A stretch of DNA of 63,833 bases, filler included, from Octopus bimaculoides (taxonomy: Eukaryota): assembly GCF_001194135.2 (NCBI RefSeq). It is 7 parts of 6 records of this genome, joined end to end, with 100 filler letters (N's around TTAATTAATTAA, not from the genome) between each part and the next. Parts side by side here need not be neighbours in the genome. Positions count along the whole stretch, not along the records: positions 1 to 21,729 come from NC_068984.1; positions 21,830 to 27,684 come from NC_068997.1; 5 more parts are not named here. One strand, written 5' to 3'. Below the pieces are notes generated by a model. That model was not told where the DNA came from, ran no database searches, and worked only from the letters and a program-made list of their open reading frames with translations. The stretch's first letter is position 1, and each line of letters starts with the position of its first letter. Positions 11,762-24,578 of the stretch are shown piece after piece. The position numbers and the translations under genes are program-made.

Positions 11762-13396
11762 CACAATTGATTTAGCAGAAGAAGACTAGAAACGGGTAAT
11801 TGCTTCTTCATTCAATATATTGATTATTGATGATGACAGTGAAACTAGGTTTGTTATTTTTTTTTCCCTTCCAGAAAACTAATACCTCGACTATTGTATC
11901 AAGACTAACACAGCTCTAAAGGAATCCATTAATAAATGATGAGGTGCTTTCTTGAATTGCTGTTAGGTTAGAAAAATGGTTCTCCTGGAAGATATCCATC
12001 CTGTTTCTCTCTGAATTTGATTGAAGAATATTTCTGTCACTATGACCTACCGATTATTAAGTTTGGTGATAATGTTACTAATGAAGTTCAATAATCAATT
12101 AAGCTAAGATATTATTATTGATCTGTAATGATTGGCAAAGAATTGCTGTTGTTGTTGCTGTTGTTTCGCTCTGTTCAAACAGACCTTTGATCAAAGACAC
12201 TCCACTTACGACCACTTCATCTTATTTTCCAGGTCAGTATATTTAAAAACCACATCATTAGCCAATGTGTTCTTCTTTCTTTATGGCAATAAGTGATAGA
12301 GACAGAAGGGTGTGATTTGAAGTCAATTTGGCTGCTATTTCCTGCAGGTTTAACAGCCATTTTGAAAGCTTAATGATGATAATAGAAGTAATGCTCGTCA
12401 GATTCATGATATGGCTGGTAGTGGTGATGGGGAGGGTGATGGTGGTGGCGGAGTGTTGTTATTGTTGTTGTTGTTATAGTGGTGCTAGTGGTGGGGGTTG
12501 TTGTAGCAGTGATGGTAGTGGTAGTGATGGTGATGGTGGGGGTGCTGCTGCTGCTACTGCAGCTGTGACTGCTGCTAATGAAAAACAATTACGAGCTACA
12601 TGTTTTCTTTTTTCCTTGGATTAAATGGAATTAACCAAACAAATACATTAGTTTCTATTCTTATTGTTTTGGTAAACATGATATTCCTGTTGGGCAACAG
12701 TGATGATAGTAATCAGAGTAACAACATGTACAAGTAGCAAGCTCAGAGACAAAGGTATTTATTATTTGTGTTGGCAGAAATGATTATTGTGACACAAAGG
12801 TATCGGTCTACTGGTTTATGGATTAAGAATTCATATCCTACCACAGATATGTTTCATTGTATGATCGCGGCAAGACACTTCCTTCTACATACTTCAATAT
12901 ACCAAGATAGGAAAAATTACGTGTGTATGATGTATTTTGTTGTGTGTCTGGTCCAACGGTTCTCAAACGTGGCTTCCAGGGCTGCATCCAGCCTTCAAGC
13001 ATTCTTCTGGCTGCTCTTGATGGTCTTCTCTCTATAAATACACGGTGGCCCAAAAGTAGGTTTACAGTTATCATGTAGGCACTTTAAATTTCTTTCAAAA
13101 CATTTTATTACATTAAATTTCTATCTTACAAACTGAAAAGGGAGCTTGACAAAATTAACTAAATTAGCATAGAATAATGGTTTCATGTTTTTTGACAATC
13201 AAGATCTAAACTGTTAATACATGAATGCGAAAGAGATAATTGAATAATTGTAAACCTACTTTTGGGTCACTCTGCTCCAGTATGGCTGCAGTCAAATGAC
13301 TGAAACAAATAAAGCAAAATGTTTTTTGATGTAACTCCCTGAAGAAAATCCAGATTTTGGAACTGGTCCAGATATTAAAAAGTGAGACCCACTGGT

Positions 13397-13606
13397 TTAG
13401 ATCTTTAGCATTTAAACTGGTCATATCCAGCCCAAATATTCTGGCCAGATCTGGCTTCATAACATCTACCATTCAATGTAAGTTTGAAAATAAACAATCA
13501 CAATGTTAAAATGTCAAAGCTTATGAGATAATGAGTAATTATTTCCAAACAATGTGAATGAATAAGCATTAAATTTAACTGCATAATCTGAATGTTAGAG
13601 GGTTAA
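13397..13606. mobile_element. piggyBac-like MITE, decayed
   Basis: Ends TTAGATCTTTAGCATT / GAATGTTAGAGGGTTAA (TTAA-CCC-type termini). Same family as 61374-61536. Confidence 0.55.
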
Positions 13607-15296
13607 ACAAGGCAGTTCTACCTGCTTCAATTTACCTAACTGGAGAAGAGGATACAATGAGCATTCTAGGGAATGTTACCTGTGTATGATAAAGGCAACA
13701 TCATTGTAGAAGAAGACAAGTTCCTCCTTCAGTTACCCTCACAAAAGCTGAGTTAAGCACACAGGCTTTATGAATCTCTGACATTAATGAAAGGATTCAC
13801 TTTATTGTCAATGCTGTGAATTGTATTGTTATTGTAAAAACACACTGACTCAATAGTTGAAGAGAATTTGAAAAAAAAAAACTATTCAAAAATAGAAAGG
13901 TCACAGAAATAGCTCTACCATTAGTTATACTGACAGTGGTAGAAGTCATGGCTGCAGTAGTGAGGAGTGTTTTTACAGCTCAGTTGGTTGTCATAGAAAC
14001 GTTAATGGAGACAGATGATGTCAGAAGAAAACAGGGGGTGATTAAGTGAACAATAAACTGACAGAAGGCAATATTTAAGCTGTTTTAGAAATGGCTTTTT
14101 TCTTGTTCATCAATTTTTTTTTTCCTTTGTTAGCAGAACATCTTGCAAACAGACAAAGAACTGAAGCATTATAATCTCCCTTTATTGATAAGATTTACCA
14201 AATAAGCATATTCTGTCTTCAGTTAAATTTAAATTTTATTAGCCATGTGTTTTTTTGTTGTTGTTTTTAAAAAATTTTTTTTCCAAAAATGCATTCATTC
14301 ATAATTTATTCTCAAAGCAAAGAAGAGTAATGCATACATAACGTTATAAAGATTATTCTATTCTATTTATTTATTGATATATTTTTTTTTAATGCAACCT
14401 TGTACAATTAATGATGGATGGGACTGCTTTGAAGATTCAGATGTGCAATTGTAACAATTATTGATTAGAGGCTGCATCATGATATAGAGGAAGGAGAAAA
14501 ACTTCTAAAGGAGTTTCATGGAATGTCTTTGTTGGCACTGGATATCATCTATAACTCTTGGATGGAACTGAATAATTTGAAAGAGAAAGAGAGAGTAAGA
14601 GAGAGAAAGAAGGAAAGAAAAACAGAGCATGTGTAGGAGAGAGAGGGAAAGAAGGAGGAAGAAGGAAGGATAATGTGTGTATGTGTGAATGGAGTGTATC
14701 AACATCAGTTTTAGGTCATATACTGAAGATTAGGTCTGTCAGGGAAGGTTGTACAACACTCTCTTCTCTCACCCACTGCCAGAAAATATACAATTGCCTG
14801 TTTTTATTAATTTATGCAATGTTTTGATTGAAGTGTGGAATAGTTTTGCTGGTGAATGGAATATATATATGTATAAGAGCTGCTTTACACAATATGTCTG
14901 TCTGCTGGTGGTGAGTGGAAAATTTTAGGTGATAAAAAAATAAAATGTAGGTTACTGCTATAAAGCATTTTGGTTGTTGTAGACATTATTTTGATTGAAG
15001 TATGGAATATACACCTTGAAGTATGGAGTAAGTTAGTGAATGCATGTAATAACATGTGTTTTGGTGGATTCAAGTTAAATTTTACTTCATGTGGGCAACA
15101 TTTTTGTTCATAATCTTTTAGTCCTCATTTTGTTTTGATTTCAAACAGCAATGTTGTGGTTCAAGGAATATTTTGATTGAAGTCAAGAATATTTTCACTG
15201 ATGTAAGGAAGTGAGTCAGCAAAAATACTAAAATGCTAAATACAAGGATTGGCCGTATTTATATTAATCTTTTTCATTCTTTTATTCCTTCATTTT

Positions 15297-15628
15297 TTTT
15301 TACTGGTTTCAGCCATTGGACTGTGGTCATGATGGATTTGGTACTTATCTTATTGATATATATTTGTTGAACTGCTAAGTTACAAGACACAAAGAGACTT
15401 AACATAAATAATACTGGCTTTCAAACCAGTGTAAATATAATCTCACACATACACCCCCCCACACACACACAAATATGGGCTTCTTTTAGTTTCCATCTAT
15501 CAAATCCACTCACAAGGTTAGCTCAGCTCAGCACAGACTAGAAAACATTTGACCAAGGTGGTATACAGTGGGACTGATCCGAAAACTATGTGGTTTAGAA
15601 GTGAAATTCTTAACCACACAACCATGAC
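15297..15628 (-). mobile_element. SINE family A, decayed full-length copy
   Basis: Tail, CA tract, CAAATCCACTCACAAGG and CAGTGGGACTGA head on the - strand. Confidence 0.7.
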
Positions 15629-16549
15629 TCTCTCACTCTCTCTCTCTTTCTTCATAACTGTATCTATGTCTATCTATCTATCTGTTCGTCTGTCTATCCA
15701 TCTATCTGTCTGTCTGTCTGTCTATCTATCATCATCACCATCGTCATCNNNNNNNNNNNNNNNNNNNNNNNNTCAAAAACCTGGTGTCTATGTGTATGTA
15801 ATGGGTTTCTGTACCATTTTCATCTTCTAAAATTCCATTCTGCAATAACACTGAGGTTGTAGTAGAAGTACTCACTGAAGCTTCTACTTACTGGGATTGA
15901 ACCCAGAACCATGTAGTTGTAATACAAACTTCATAACCACAAAGCCATACCTGTATCTATAAGAAAACACACATAAATGAAGTTCAGATACTGAATATAC
16001 CAAAGAACCTGGTAGAGCTCTCCAGCTTTCCTAGCTGCTGTCAAACTTGTCCAACCCATGCCAGCATGGAAGACAGATGTTAAATGATGATGATGGTGGT
16101 GGTGGTGGTGGTGGTGGTGGTGANNNNNNNNNNACTCTCTCACTCTCTCTCTCTTTCTTCATAACTGTATCTATGTCTATCTATCTATCTGTTCGTCTGT
16201 CTATCCATCTATCTGTCTGTCTGTCTGTCTATCTATCATCATCACCATCGTCATCATCAAAAACCTGGTGTCTATGTGTATGTAATGGGTTTCTGTACCA
16301 TTTTCATCTTCTAAAATTCCATTCTGCAATAACACTGAGGTTGTAGTAGAAGTACTCACTGAAGCTTCTACTTACTGGGATTGAACCCAGAACCATGTAG
16401 TTGTAATACAAACTTCATAACCACAAAGCCATACCTGTATCTATAAGAAAACACACATAAATGAAGTTCAGATACTGAATATACCAAAGAACCTGGTAGA
16501 GCTCTCCAGCTTTCCTAGCTGCTGTCAAACTTGTCCAACCCATGCCAGC
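15627..16549. repeat. identical direct duplication (15627-16065 = 16134-16549) across a 10-N gap; probable assembly artefact
   Basis: No mismatches seen outside the internal gap; the copies abut N runs. Confidence 0.85.
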
Positions 16550-17176
16550 NNNNNNNNNNNNNNNNNNNNNNNNNNNNNNNNNNNNNNNNNNNNNNNNNNN
16601 NNNNNNNNNNNNNNNNNNNNNNNNNNNNNNNNNNNNNNNNNNNNNNNNNNNNNNNNNNNNNNNNNNNNNNNNNNNNNNNNNNNNNNNNNNNNNNNNNNNN
16701 NNNNNNNNNNNNNNNNNNNNNNNNNNNNNNNNNNNNNNNNNNNNNNNNNNNNNNNNNNNNNNNNNNNNNNNNNNNNNNNNNNNNNNNNNNNNNNNNNNNN
16801 NNNNNNNNNNNNNNNNNNNNNNNNNNNNNNNNNNNNNNNNNNNNNNNNNNNNNNNNNNNNNNNNNNNNNNNNNNNNNNNNNNNNNNNNNNNNNNNNNNNN
16901 NNNNNNNNNNNNNNNNNNNNNNNNNNNNNNNNNNNNNNNNNNNNNNNNNNNNNNNNNNNNNNNNNNNNNNNNNNNNNNNNNNNNNNNNNNNNNNNNNNNN
17001 NNNNNNNNNNNNNNNNNNNNNNNNNNNNNNNNNNNNNNNNNNNNNNNNNNNNNNNNNNNNNNNNNNNNNNNNNNNNNNNNNNNNNNNNNNNNNGATAATG
17101 ATATGGCAGAGGATTTAGGTAAAACCAGTCACAATGGCCAGTTAGGATTTTGTTTTTATTGTTTTTTTATTGTTTT

Positions 17177-17350
17177 GGCATGTAGCAAGTGGTTAGGGTG
17201 TTGCATTCATGATTGTAAGACTATGGTTTCAACTCTCACTCAAAGCAAGTGGTCTGTGAGCCGAGAGCAAGGCACTTCATTTCATGTTGCCCCAGTCCAC
17301 TCAGCTGTAAAAGAGTAGCCCTGCAACAGACTGACTTCCCATTCAGGTGG
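17177..17350 (+). mobile_element. tRNA-SINE family C2, decayed
   Basis: TAGCAAGTGGTTAG (A box), GGTTTCAACTC (B box) and CACTTCATTTCATGTTGCCCCAGTCCACTCAGCTG core shared with 29400 and 43640. Confidence 0.65.
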
Positions 17351-17524
17351 AGTGTTGTTATCTTACATATTTGCCAAGGAAACTGGGTAACCAGCTCCAT
17401 GAGTCCTAGGACATGAAACAATGATGTCCAGGGGTTAAATGACAATGAAGGCAGTTCACATGACCTTTCACAGAGTCTCTGAGATTGGAGGGAAGGAGGG
17501 AGGAAAGTATCCTTGAGCCAGAAC

Positions 17525-17760
17525 CATCATCATCATTATCATCATCATTGTCATCATCGTCGTCATTTAACATCCATTTTCCATGCTGGCATGGGTTGGT
17601 CAGTTTGACAGGAACTGGCAAGGTCAGCAGCCATATTGGTCTCCATTGTCTGGCATGGCTTCTACAGCTGGATGCCCTTCCTAATGCCAGAGTGTCCTAG
17701 GTGTTTTTCATGTGGCATCAGCACCAGTGTTTTTTATACATGGAACCATCACTAACAGGG
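17525..17760 (-). mobile_element. RTE-type 3' tail
   Basis: (CAT)n, TTTAACATCCATTTTCCATGCTGGCATGGGTTG and GGATGCCCTTCCTAATGCCA. Confidence 0.8.
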
Positions 17761-17824
17761 TCAGGCACCCAAAGTGACAAGTGGTGGTGTTAAACTGGAC
17801 AACAAATTAAATTTACTACCCAAG

Positions 17825-18700
17825 TAGGCCATGGTAGGATTTTAATATCGGAACACAAAAACCCAGAACAAATACCACAAGGTATTCTCACTCATGTTCT
17901 TACTGTTCCCCCAATCAACCCCACTAGAGTGCAATATTTTTTTTTAACAATGCCAAAAAGATGAATGCTAAAGTTGATCCAAGTAGGATTTGAACTCAGT
18001 ATGCAATGACCCAGAACAAATACTGCTGGGCATCCAAGCCAAATTTCTTACAGTTCTGCCTATCCAGTTTCTGGATTACTATTTTAAGTTGAAAGACAAA
18101 GTTGACGTAGCAGGAATTGAGCTAGGAACCCAAGGAGCCAGAACAAATACTGTAATTTACCCAGTCTTACAGGTCTATTTATCCACTTCCATTGTTGTGG
18201 ATTAATATTTTTTTGGCAACTTCAAAAGATAAAGTTGACCTCAGCAAGATTTGAACTCAGAGTTGTTGGCACTCCGTCGCTTACGACGTCGAGGGTTCCA
18301 GTTGATCCGAACAACGGAACAGCCTGCTCGTGAAATTAATGTGCAAGTGGCTGAGCACTCCACAGACACGTGTACCCTTAACGTAGTTCTCGGGAGATTC
18401 AGCGTGACACAGTGTGACAAGGCTGGCCCCTTTGAATTACAGGCACAACAGAAACAGGAAGAAAGGGTGAGAGAAAGTTGTGGTGAAAGAGTACAGCAGC
18501 ATTCGCCACCACCCCCTGCCGGAGCCTCGTGGAGCTTTAGGTGTTTTCGCTCAATAAACACTCACAACGCTCGGTCTAGGAATCGAAACCGCGATCCTAT
18601 GACTGCGAGTCCACTGCCCTAACCACTGGGCCATTGCGCCTCCACTTGAACTCAGAGTACCAAGTTTCAAAACAAACACTGTAATGATTTTCTATCTAAT
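17825..18700 (-). repeat. local head-to-tail array of about 4 decayed SINE family B head fragments
   Basis: Repeated AAAGTTGA..GGATTTGAACTCAG..CCAGAACAAATAC units at about 17825, 17975, 18095 and 18225. Confidence 0.6.
18263..18645 (-). mobile_element. young full-length tRNA-SINE family C with 12-bp TSD
   Basis: Head TGGAGGCGCAATGGCCCAGTGGTTAG (A box) and GGTTTCGATTCC (B box); tail ends GAGTGCCAACAA. TSD TTGAACTCAGAG at 18251-62 and 18646-57. CpGs intact. Confidence 0.92.
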
Positions 18701-19959
18701 GCTTGAGCAACTCTTCTGATTTGTCCAGTTGGTAAAATTCTTTTACCAAGGCAAGATACTTTAGAATTGGATGTGAACCTACTGACAGCTCACAGAGGTT
18801 AGAGATTGAGAAAGATGGAAGCAGATTAAAGAGCAGCTAGTAGAACTGCTAGCTCTGTAAGCAAAAAGAAATTTTTTTTCAGTAATACAAAAGATAAAAA
18901 CTACATGAGTTTTGCATAAGAAGTATGGTACTATATGACAATGAAATATGAGCAGTTATTTTGGAAAATTTATAAAGATTGGAATAGAACAAGTTTTAGA
19001 GGATCCTTTGGATATAAAATTGTTGATTTATGTGAAAAGCTGAGAGCAAATGACTTGTTAAAGCAATCTGACCTCAAAGGCAATTTCTGAGGTATACAAG
19101 AGTGATAATTACGGTTGGTATGAACATGTGATGTGAATAGAAGAAGAAGATGGATGCTGGGGAGGGATTTGCATTAAATAATGGAAAACCGAAATGTGTT
19201 GGGCTTCACAGATAATATCACACAGGATCATGACATCTTGTCAACCTGCCTAGTTTGGTGTCAGCATGGAACAAGAAAAAAAATGGATATTGATGATGAT
19301 GGTGGTGGTGGTGACGGTGGTGATGTTGTGATGATGGTGGTGGTGGTCAAGATGATGAAAAGGAGGAGGAAGAAGGCAATGATGATGATTGTGGTGGTGG
19401 TGGTGGTGGTGGTGGTGGTGGTGGTGGTGCTTGTGGTGATGGTGCTTGTAGTGGTGGNNNNNNNNNNNNNNNNNNNNNNNNNNNNNNNNNNNNNNNNNNN
19501 NNNNNNNNNNNNNNNNNNNNNNNNNNNNNNNNNNNNNNNNNNNNNNNNNNNNNNNNNNNNNNNNNNNNNNNNNNNNNNNNNNNNNNNNNNNNNNNNNNNN
19601 NNNNNNNNNNNNNNNNNNNNNNNNNNNNNNNNNNNNNNNNNNNNNNNNNNNNNNNNNNNNNNNNNNNNNNNNNNNNNNNNNNNNNNNNNNNNNNNNNNNN
19701 NNNNNNNNNNNNNNNNNNNNNNNNNNNNNNNNNNNNNNNNNNNNNNNNNNNNNNNNNNNNNNNNNNNNNNNNNNNNNNNNNNNNNNNNNNNNNNNNNNNN
19801 NNNNNNNNNNNNNNNNNNNNNNNNNNNNNNNNNNNNNNNNNNNNNNNNNNNNNNNNNNNNNNNNNNNNNNNNNNNNNNNNNNNNNNNNNNNNNNNNNNNN
19901 NNNNNNNNNNNNNNNNNNNNNNNNNNNNNNNNNNNNNNNNNNNNNNNNNNNNNAACAAT

Positions 19960-20125
19960 GGCGCAGGCATGGCTGAAAGGTTAAGATGCTTGCTTTGCAA
20001 CCATGTGGTTTCAGGTTCAGTCCCACTTTGCTGCAACTTGGGCAAGTATGTTTTATTATAACCCTGGACCAAACAATACCTTGTGAGTGTATTCAGTAGA
20101 TGGAAACTGTGTGAAAACCTGTTGT
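19960..20125 (+). mobile_element. SINE family A head + core
   Basis: GGCGCAGGCATGGCTG..GGTTCAGTCCCAC..TTGGGCAAGT. Confidence 0.75.
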
Positions 20126-20202
20126 GTGTGTGTGTGTTAATGTATATGTATGTGCGTTGATGTATATGTACATATATAAGTATATATATATATATATATA
20201 TA

Positions 20203-20432
20203 TCATCGTCATCATCATCATCATCATAATTTAACGTCCACTTTCCATGCTAGCGTAGGTTGAGTGGTTTGACTGGAACTGGTAAGCCGGAGAGCTGCAC
20301 CAGGTTCCGGTCTGATTTGGTATGGTTTCTATGGCTGGATGCCCTTCCTAATGCCAACCAATCCAGGAGTGTAATGGATGCTTTTATGTGCCACCAGCAC
20401 GAGTGCCATTTACATGACACCGGCAAGGCCAC
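20203..20432 (-). mobile_element. RTE-type 3' tail
   Basis: (CAT)n, TTTAACGTCCACTTTCCATGCTAGC and GGCTGGATGCCCTTCCTAATGCCAACC, the reverse complement of 150-336. Confidence 0.85.
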
Positions 20433-20686
20433 AAACAGAAAAGAGATGTGGAATAAAAGTGTATTTATACATTTTTAAGATTACTGAATTGAAATTGCTC
20501 TGTTCAAAGGTTCAAAACTAGGCTATTTTAAGACAGAGGCCGCTACAAGCATTCGATAACATATAAAATTAAAAACAATACATATTTTTAACTTTATAGG
20601 TTTAATTCCAATTTTAAATAACTGTATATGAAAAAGGGAGCTGAATGATAGCAAATTTTTAAACATAACAGAGAATTAATATGTTT

Positions 20687-21250
20687 TGTTAGATAAAATA
20701 AATCAGAGCTGAAGTTTCTCCTTCTTTTTACAAACATCATAAAGATCTTGAAGGCACTTGATTGCCTGTTCTGCATTCTGATTTGTTCTGGGAATTTCCA
20801 GTTTTGGTGGGTTTTTTTACAGAGTTCAATGCTTTTTTATAAACTTGCAGGTTACCACATATCTTCTGATAATCATGTGCATTGAACATTTGGTCAGTAA
20901 AACAAAAATCTGCTCAGCTGTAAGAGATGAATCAACAAACATTGAGAAGCAAAACTCTTTTCTCTGGTAGAAGAATAAATGCCAAAAGAGCTAGTATTGC
21001 TCAAGAATTCCATCTTGCATAACTTAAGTTGGGTATTTTTTGAAACTTTAAAGTAGGAAATTTTCTGGTTTCTTCAAAGAAACGAAAAACTTTGGTCAAG
21101 TGGAATAGAAATTTCATGTCATCTTGCCATCCTGCTGATTCTGTAATCTTTTCTTCACCATTGTTGAAATTAGCCTGGAGTTCCTTGTAATTACTTAGAA
21201 GCTCTGGGGTGAATCTATATTCAATATTGAGAGCTGACTTTTTTTTATCT
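20687..21250 (-). pseudogene. DDE transposase C-terminal remnant, hAT-like (hATm-type motifs)
   Basis: Manual translation: KSALNIEYRFTPELL..AGWQDDMKFLFHLTKVFRFFEETRKFPTLKFQKIPNLSYARWNS*AILALLAFILLPEKR..IPRTNQNAEQAIKCLQDLYDVC..L*FILSN. ARWNS resembles hAT TRWNS and TNQNAEQAIK resembles xNDxAERxxK. Several TGA stops and frameshifts. Confidence 0.7.
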
Positions 21251-21440
21251 CCAAGCTGTTTTTAATGTCACAGAAATTAAGAGGAGACGAAGAGGATATC
21301 TCCTAAAGTAGGACCTAAGTGGTAACAAATTAAAAACTCAGTAACTCCTAAACTACTTAGATTTGAAAGCTGAAATTTGAGATATACTGCTTCTGCATTG
21401 CATCAAGTCAACACACCAAGTTTGCCCATCAGGATTTTGC

Positions 21441-21729
21441 CCATCAGGAATCACTGCAGAGATGCTCAAAATATCTGGCAGTGTTGGCTATAGCCTAGTC
21501 ACCCGTATTACGAACCAGGTGATACACGAAGGAGTCATACCCAATGACTGGTGTAGCAGCATCATAGTCAACTGCTACAAAGGTAAAGGTGACGCTTTAG
21601 ATACAAATAATTACAGAGGCATCAAGCTGTTAGATCAGGTTATGAAAGTTACAGAGAGGGTCATAGCCCAACTAATTAGGGAGCGAATCAATTTAGATGA
21701 GATGCAGTTTGGGTTCGTGCCAGGTAAAA
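21441..21729 (+). mobile_element. RTE-clade LINE reverse-transcriptase fragment, well preserved, cut by a scaffold join
   Basis: PSGITAEMLK..IPNDWCSSIIVNCYKGKGDALDTNNYRGIKLL..EMQFGFVPGK, i.e. RT domains 0-2 (KGD..NYRGI.LL, QFGF.PG). Confidence 0.93.
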
Positions 21730-21829
21730 NNNNNNNNNNNNNNNNNNNNNNNNNNNNNNNNNNNNNNNNNNNNTTAATTAATTAANNNNNNNNNNNNNNN
21801 NNNNNNNNNNNNNNNNNNNNNNNNNNNNN

Positions 21830-21873
<44 letters not shown>

Positions 21874-23575
21874 TTTTCCTCCCTCCCTCTCTCTCTCTCT
21901 CTCTCTCCTCTTCAGAAAATGATGGGTAGGCAAATACACATACACATATGCACACACACACACATACACACATGCACACGCACACATACACATACACATG
22001 CACATGCACACTCACACATACACACATGCACACNNNNNNNNNNNNNNNNNNNNNNNNNNNNNNNNNNNNNNNNNNNNNNNNNNNNNNNNNNNNNNNNNNN
22101 NNNNNNNNNNNNNNNNNNNNNNNNNNNNNNNNNATATATATATATATATATATATATATTACATATATATCTACACATATATTATATATATGCATGCATA
22201 CATACATGCATACATATGTATCCATAAATACATACAATGCATGCATACACACATACACATGTGTATAGATATACGTGTGTGTGTGTTGTGTGTATGTGTG
22301 TGTGTGTGTGTTGTGTGTGTACAAAGAGAGATAAAACAGAAAGGGAGAAATTTGAGAAAAAAGTGAAAGTAAAGAAAGAAATTAGGATTAGGGAAAAGAA
22401 AGAAAGAAAGGAAGAAAGAAATAAAGAAAGAAGTAAAGAAAGAAACAAAATGAAAGAAGAAAGAATGGAAAAAGAAAAGAAAGGAAAAGAAAGGGAAAAG
22501 GTAAGAAGCAAAGAATATAACGCCATCTTAAGAAAAAGATGGGTAAGAAAATAGATACGTAAACACAAAATATAGAAATAAATCAAAAATAAATAAATAA
22601 ATAAATAAATTCAAAACAAATAAATAGAATATATAAATAAATGAGTAAAAAAAAGGGGGGTAGGTGTCAGGGTGGATCTATTTGATGGTTTAGATCCTTG
22701 TTTCAAATCCCTCATCAAACACATCTTTTGTATTAACCGCACCGACCATGTAAGACGTTAGCGTGTCACATGATGTAGGGGACAAATTTAGGGGTTAGGA
22801 AAATATTAATATACAAATATATTNNNNNNNNNNNNNNNNNNNNNNNNNNNNNNNNNNNNNNNNNNNNNNNNNNNNNNNNNNNNNNNNNNNNNNNNNNNNN
22901 NNNNNNNNNNNNNNNNNNNNNNNNNNNNNNNNNNNNNNNNNNNNNNNNNNNNNNNNNNNNNNNNNNNNNNNNNNNNNNNNNNNNNNNNNNNNNNNNNNNN
23001 NNNNNNNNNNNNNNNNNNNNNNNNNNNNNNNNNNNNNNNNNNNNNNNNNNNNNNNNNNNNNNNNNNNNNNNNNNNNNNNNNNNNNNNNNNNNNNNNNNNN
23101 NNNNNNNNNNNNNNNNNNNNNNNNNNNNNNNNNNNNNNNNNNNNNNNNNNNNNNNNNNNNNNNNNNNNNNNNNNNNNNNNNNNNNNNNNNNNNNNNNNNN
23201 NNNNNNNNNNNNNNNNNNNNNNNNNNNNNNNNNNNNNNNNNNNNNNNNNNNNNNNNNNNNNNNNNNNNNNNNNNNNNNNNNNNNNNNNNNNNNNNNNNNN
23301 NNNNNNNNNNNNNNNNNNNNNNNNNNNNNNNNNNNNNNNNNNNNNNNNNNNNNNNNNNNNNNNNNNNNNNNNNNNNNNNNNNNNNNNNNNNNNNNNNNNN
23401 NNNNNNNNNNNNNACACACATGCACACACACATGCACACACATACACGCATACACATACACACATGCACATGCACATACACATATACACAAGGACACAAA
23501 CATACACACATACACATACACACATGCACACACACATACACATACAAACATACAAATACACACATGCACACAGAT

Positions 23576-23630
<55 letters not shown>

Positions 23631-23794
23631 CTTACATTTTAAGTCTAAGAATCTATCAGTCATAATAATATTTCTTTTCATCACTTCACCAAAGTCTGTG
23701 GCAGAGGTAAAATGGTAAATTTCTCATTAGCAGAAGTTCTCCTGCAAATACTTTGTCATTTATTATCTCCCCTTCTGCCCCACCTACTGCCACC

Positions 23795-23927
23795 AAGCCT
23801 AGTATGTGCACTCACTTCTGCTCCAACCACTTGGTTCTAGGTTCTGTCCCATTGCGTGGAACCATGGGCAAGTGTCTTCTACTATAGCCTAGGGCTAACT
23901 TGAAGTCTTGTGAGTAGATTTGGTTGA
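23795..23927 (+). mobile_element. SINE family A head + core, decayed
   Basis: CCAACCACTTGGTTCTAGGTTCTGTCCC..ATGGGCAAGTGTCTTCTACTATAGCC..GTGAGTAGATTTGGT. Confidence 0.75.
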
Positions 23928-24119
23928 TTACAGCGCAGCATCAAGACTTTCTCATCTTAAAGCACCAAAGGATGGAGTGAAACAATTCTTTAACTACAGA
24001 AAATCGAGAGATTGGTAAGAAACAATCACTTTGTCTCTGGCTGTGCAATCTTTTCCCCGAACAGGTTTCGTCCTGGAACATGAGACTTGAAGTTGTCAGC
24101 CTTGTGAAAAATACCACGA

Positions 24120-24545
24120 AAAAAGATTTGACGTAAACATACACCAGAGAAAAAAATTCAAAGAATGACAACGAAACTATGCTTTGGGATATGCCAATAC
24201 AGACGAACGGAAACGAAGGCTAATCGGTTAGATATTATTGCCAAGGACCACCAGGAAAGGAAGTGCCTAGGAATCGAAATATCAGTCCCAGCAGACGATA
24301 ATATATCTCTCAGAGAAATGAAGAAATTATCGAAATAATCAGGAAATAAAGATAACGGGGATATATGGTAAGGGTGGTGGGGATTGGAATGACAAGAGAA
24401 AGTAATCCTGGCAATGGTAAGTGTTTGGGAAATGATTATAAAACATGAGGACAAAAATACAATGAAAACCCCCCAAGGATTATATGACATATTACACAAG
24501 GGATTAACAACACATTGCAAAATAACACAAATAAAACAAAACACT
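24120..24545 (+). mobile_element. R4/Dong-clade non-LTR retrotransposon C-terminal restriction-like endonuclease remnant
   Basis: With frameshifts: HTPEK / NDNETMLWDMPIQT / KANRLDIIAKDHQERKCLGIEISVPADDNISLREMKKLSK*, matching the LWD..I......NRPDI....IDVxxP......K..KY RLE motif. Confidence 0.8.
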
Positions 24546-24578
24546 GTAAATATTTAAAATGCACAGAACTGCGCTCAG

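Noticed and set aside
12950-13075. hAT-like (CGGTTCTCAAAC) and Tc1-like (TACACGGTGGCCCAAAAG) terminal motifs
   Set aside because: No partner TIR or TSD could be found.
20851-21020. + strand exon-like segments (AG|GTTACC..TTG|GTCAGT and RINAKRASIAQEFHLA*)
   Set aside because: They lie antisense within the hAT-like transposase remnant, which explains the sequence.
22785-22800. TTTAGGGGTTAGG as an interstitial telomeric repeat
   Set aside because: Only two imperfect units.
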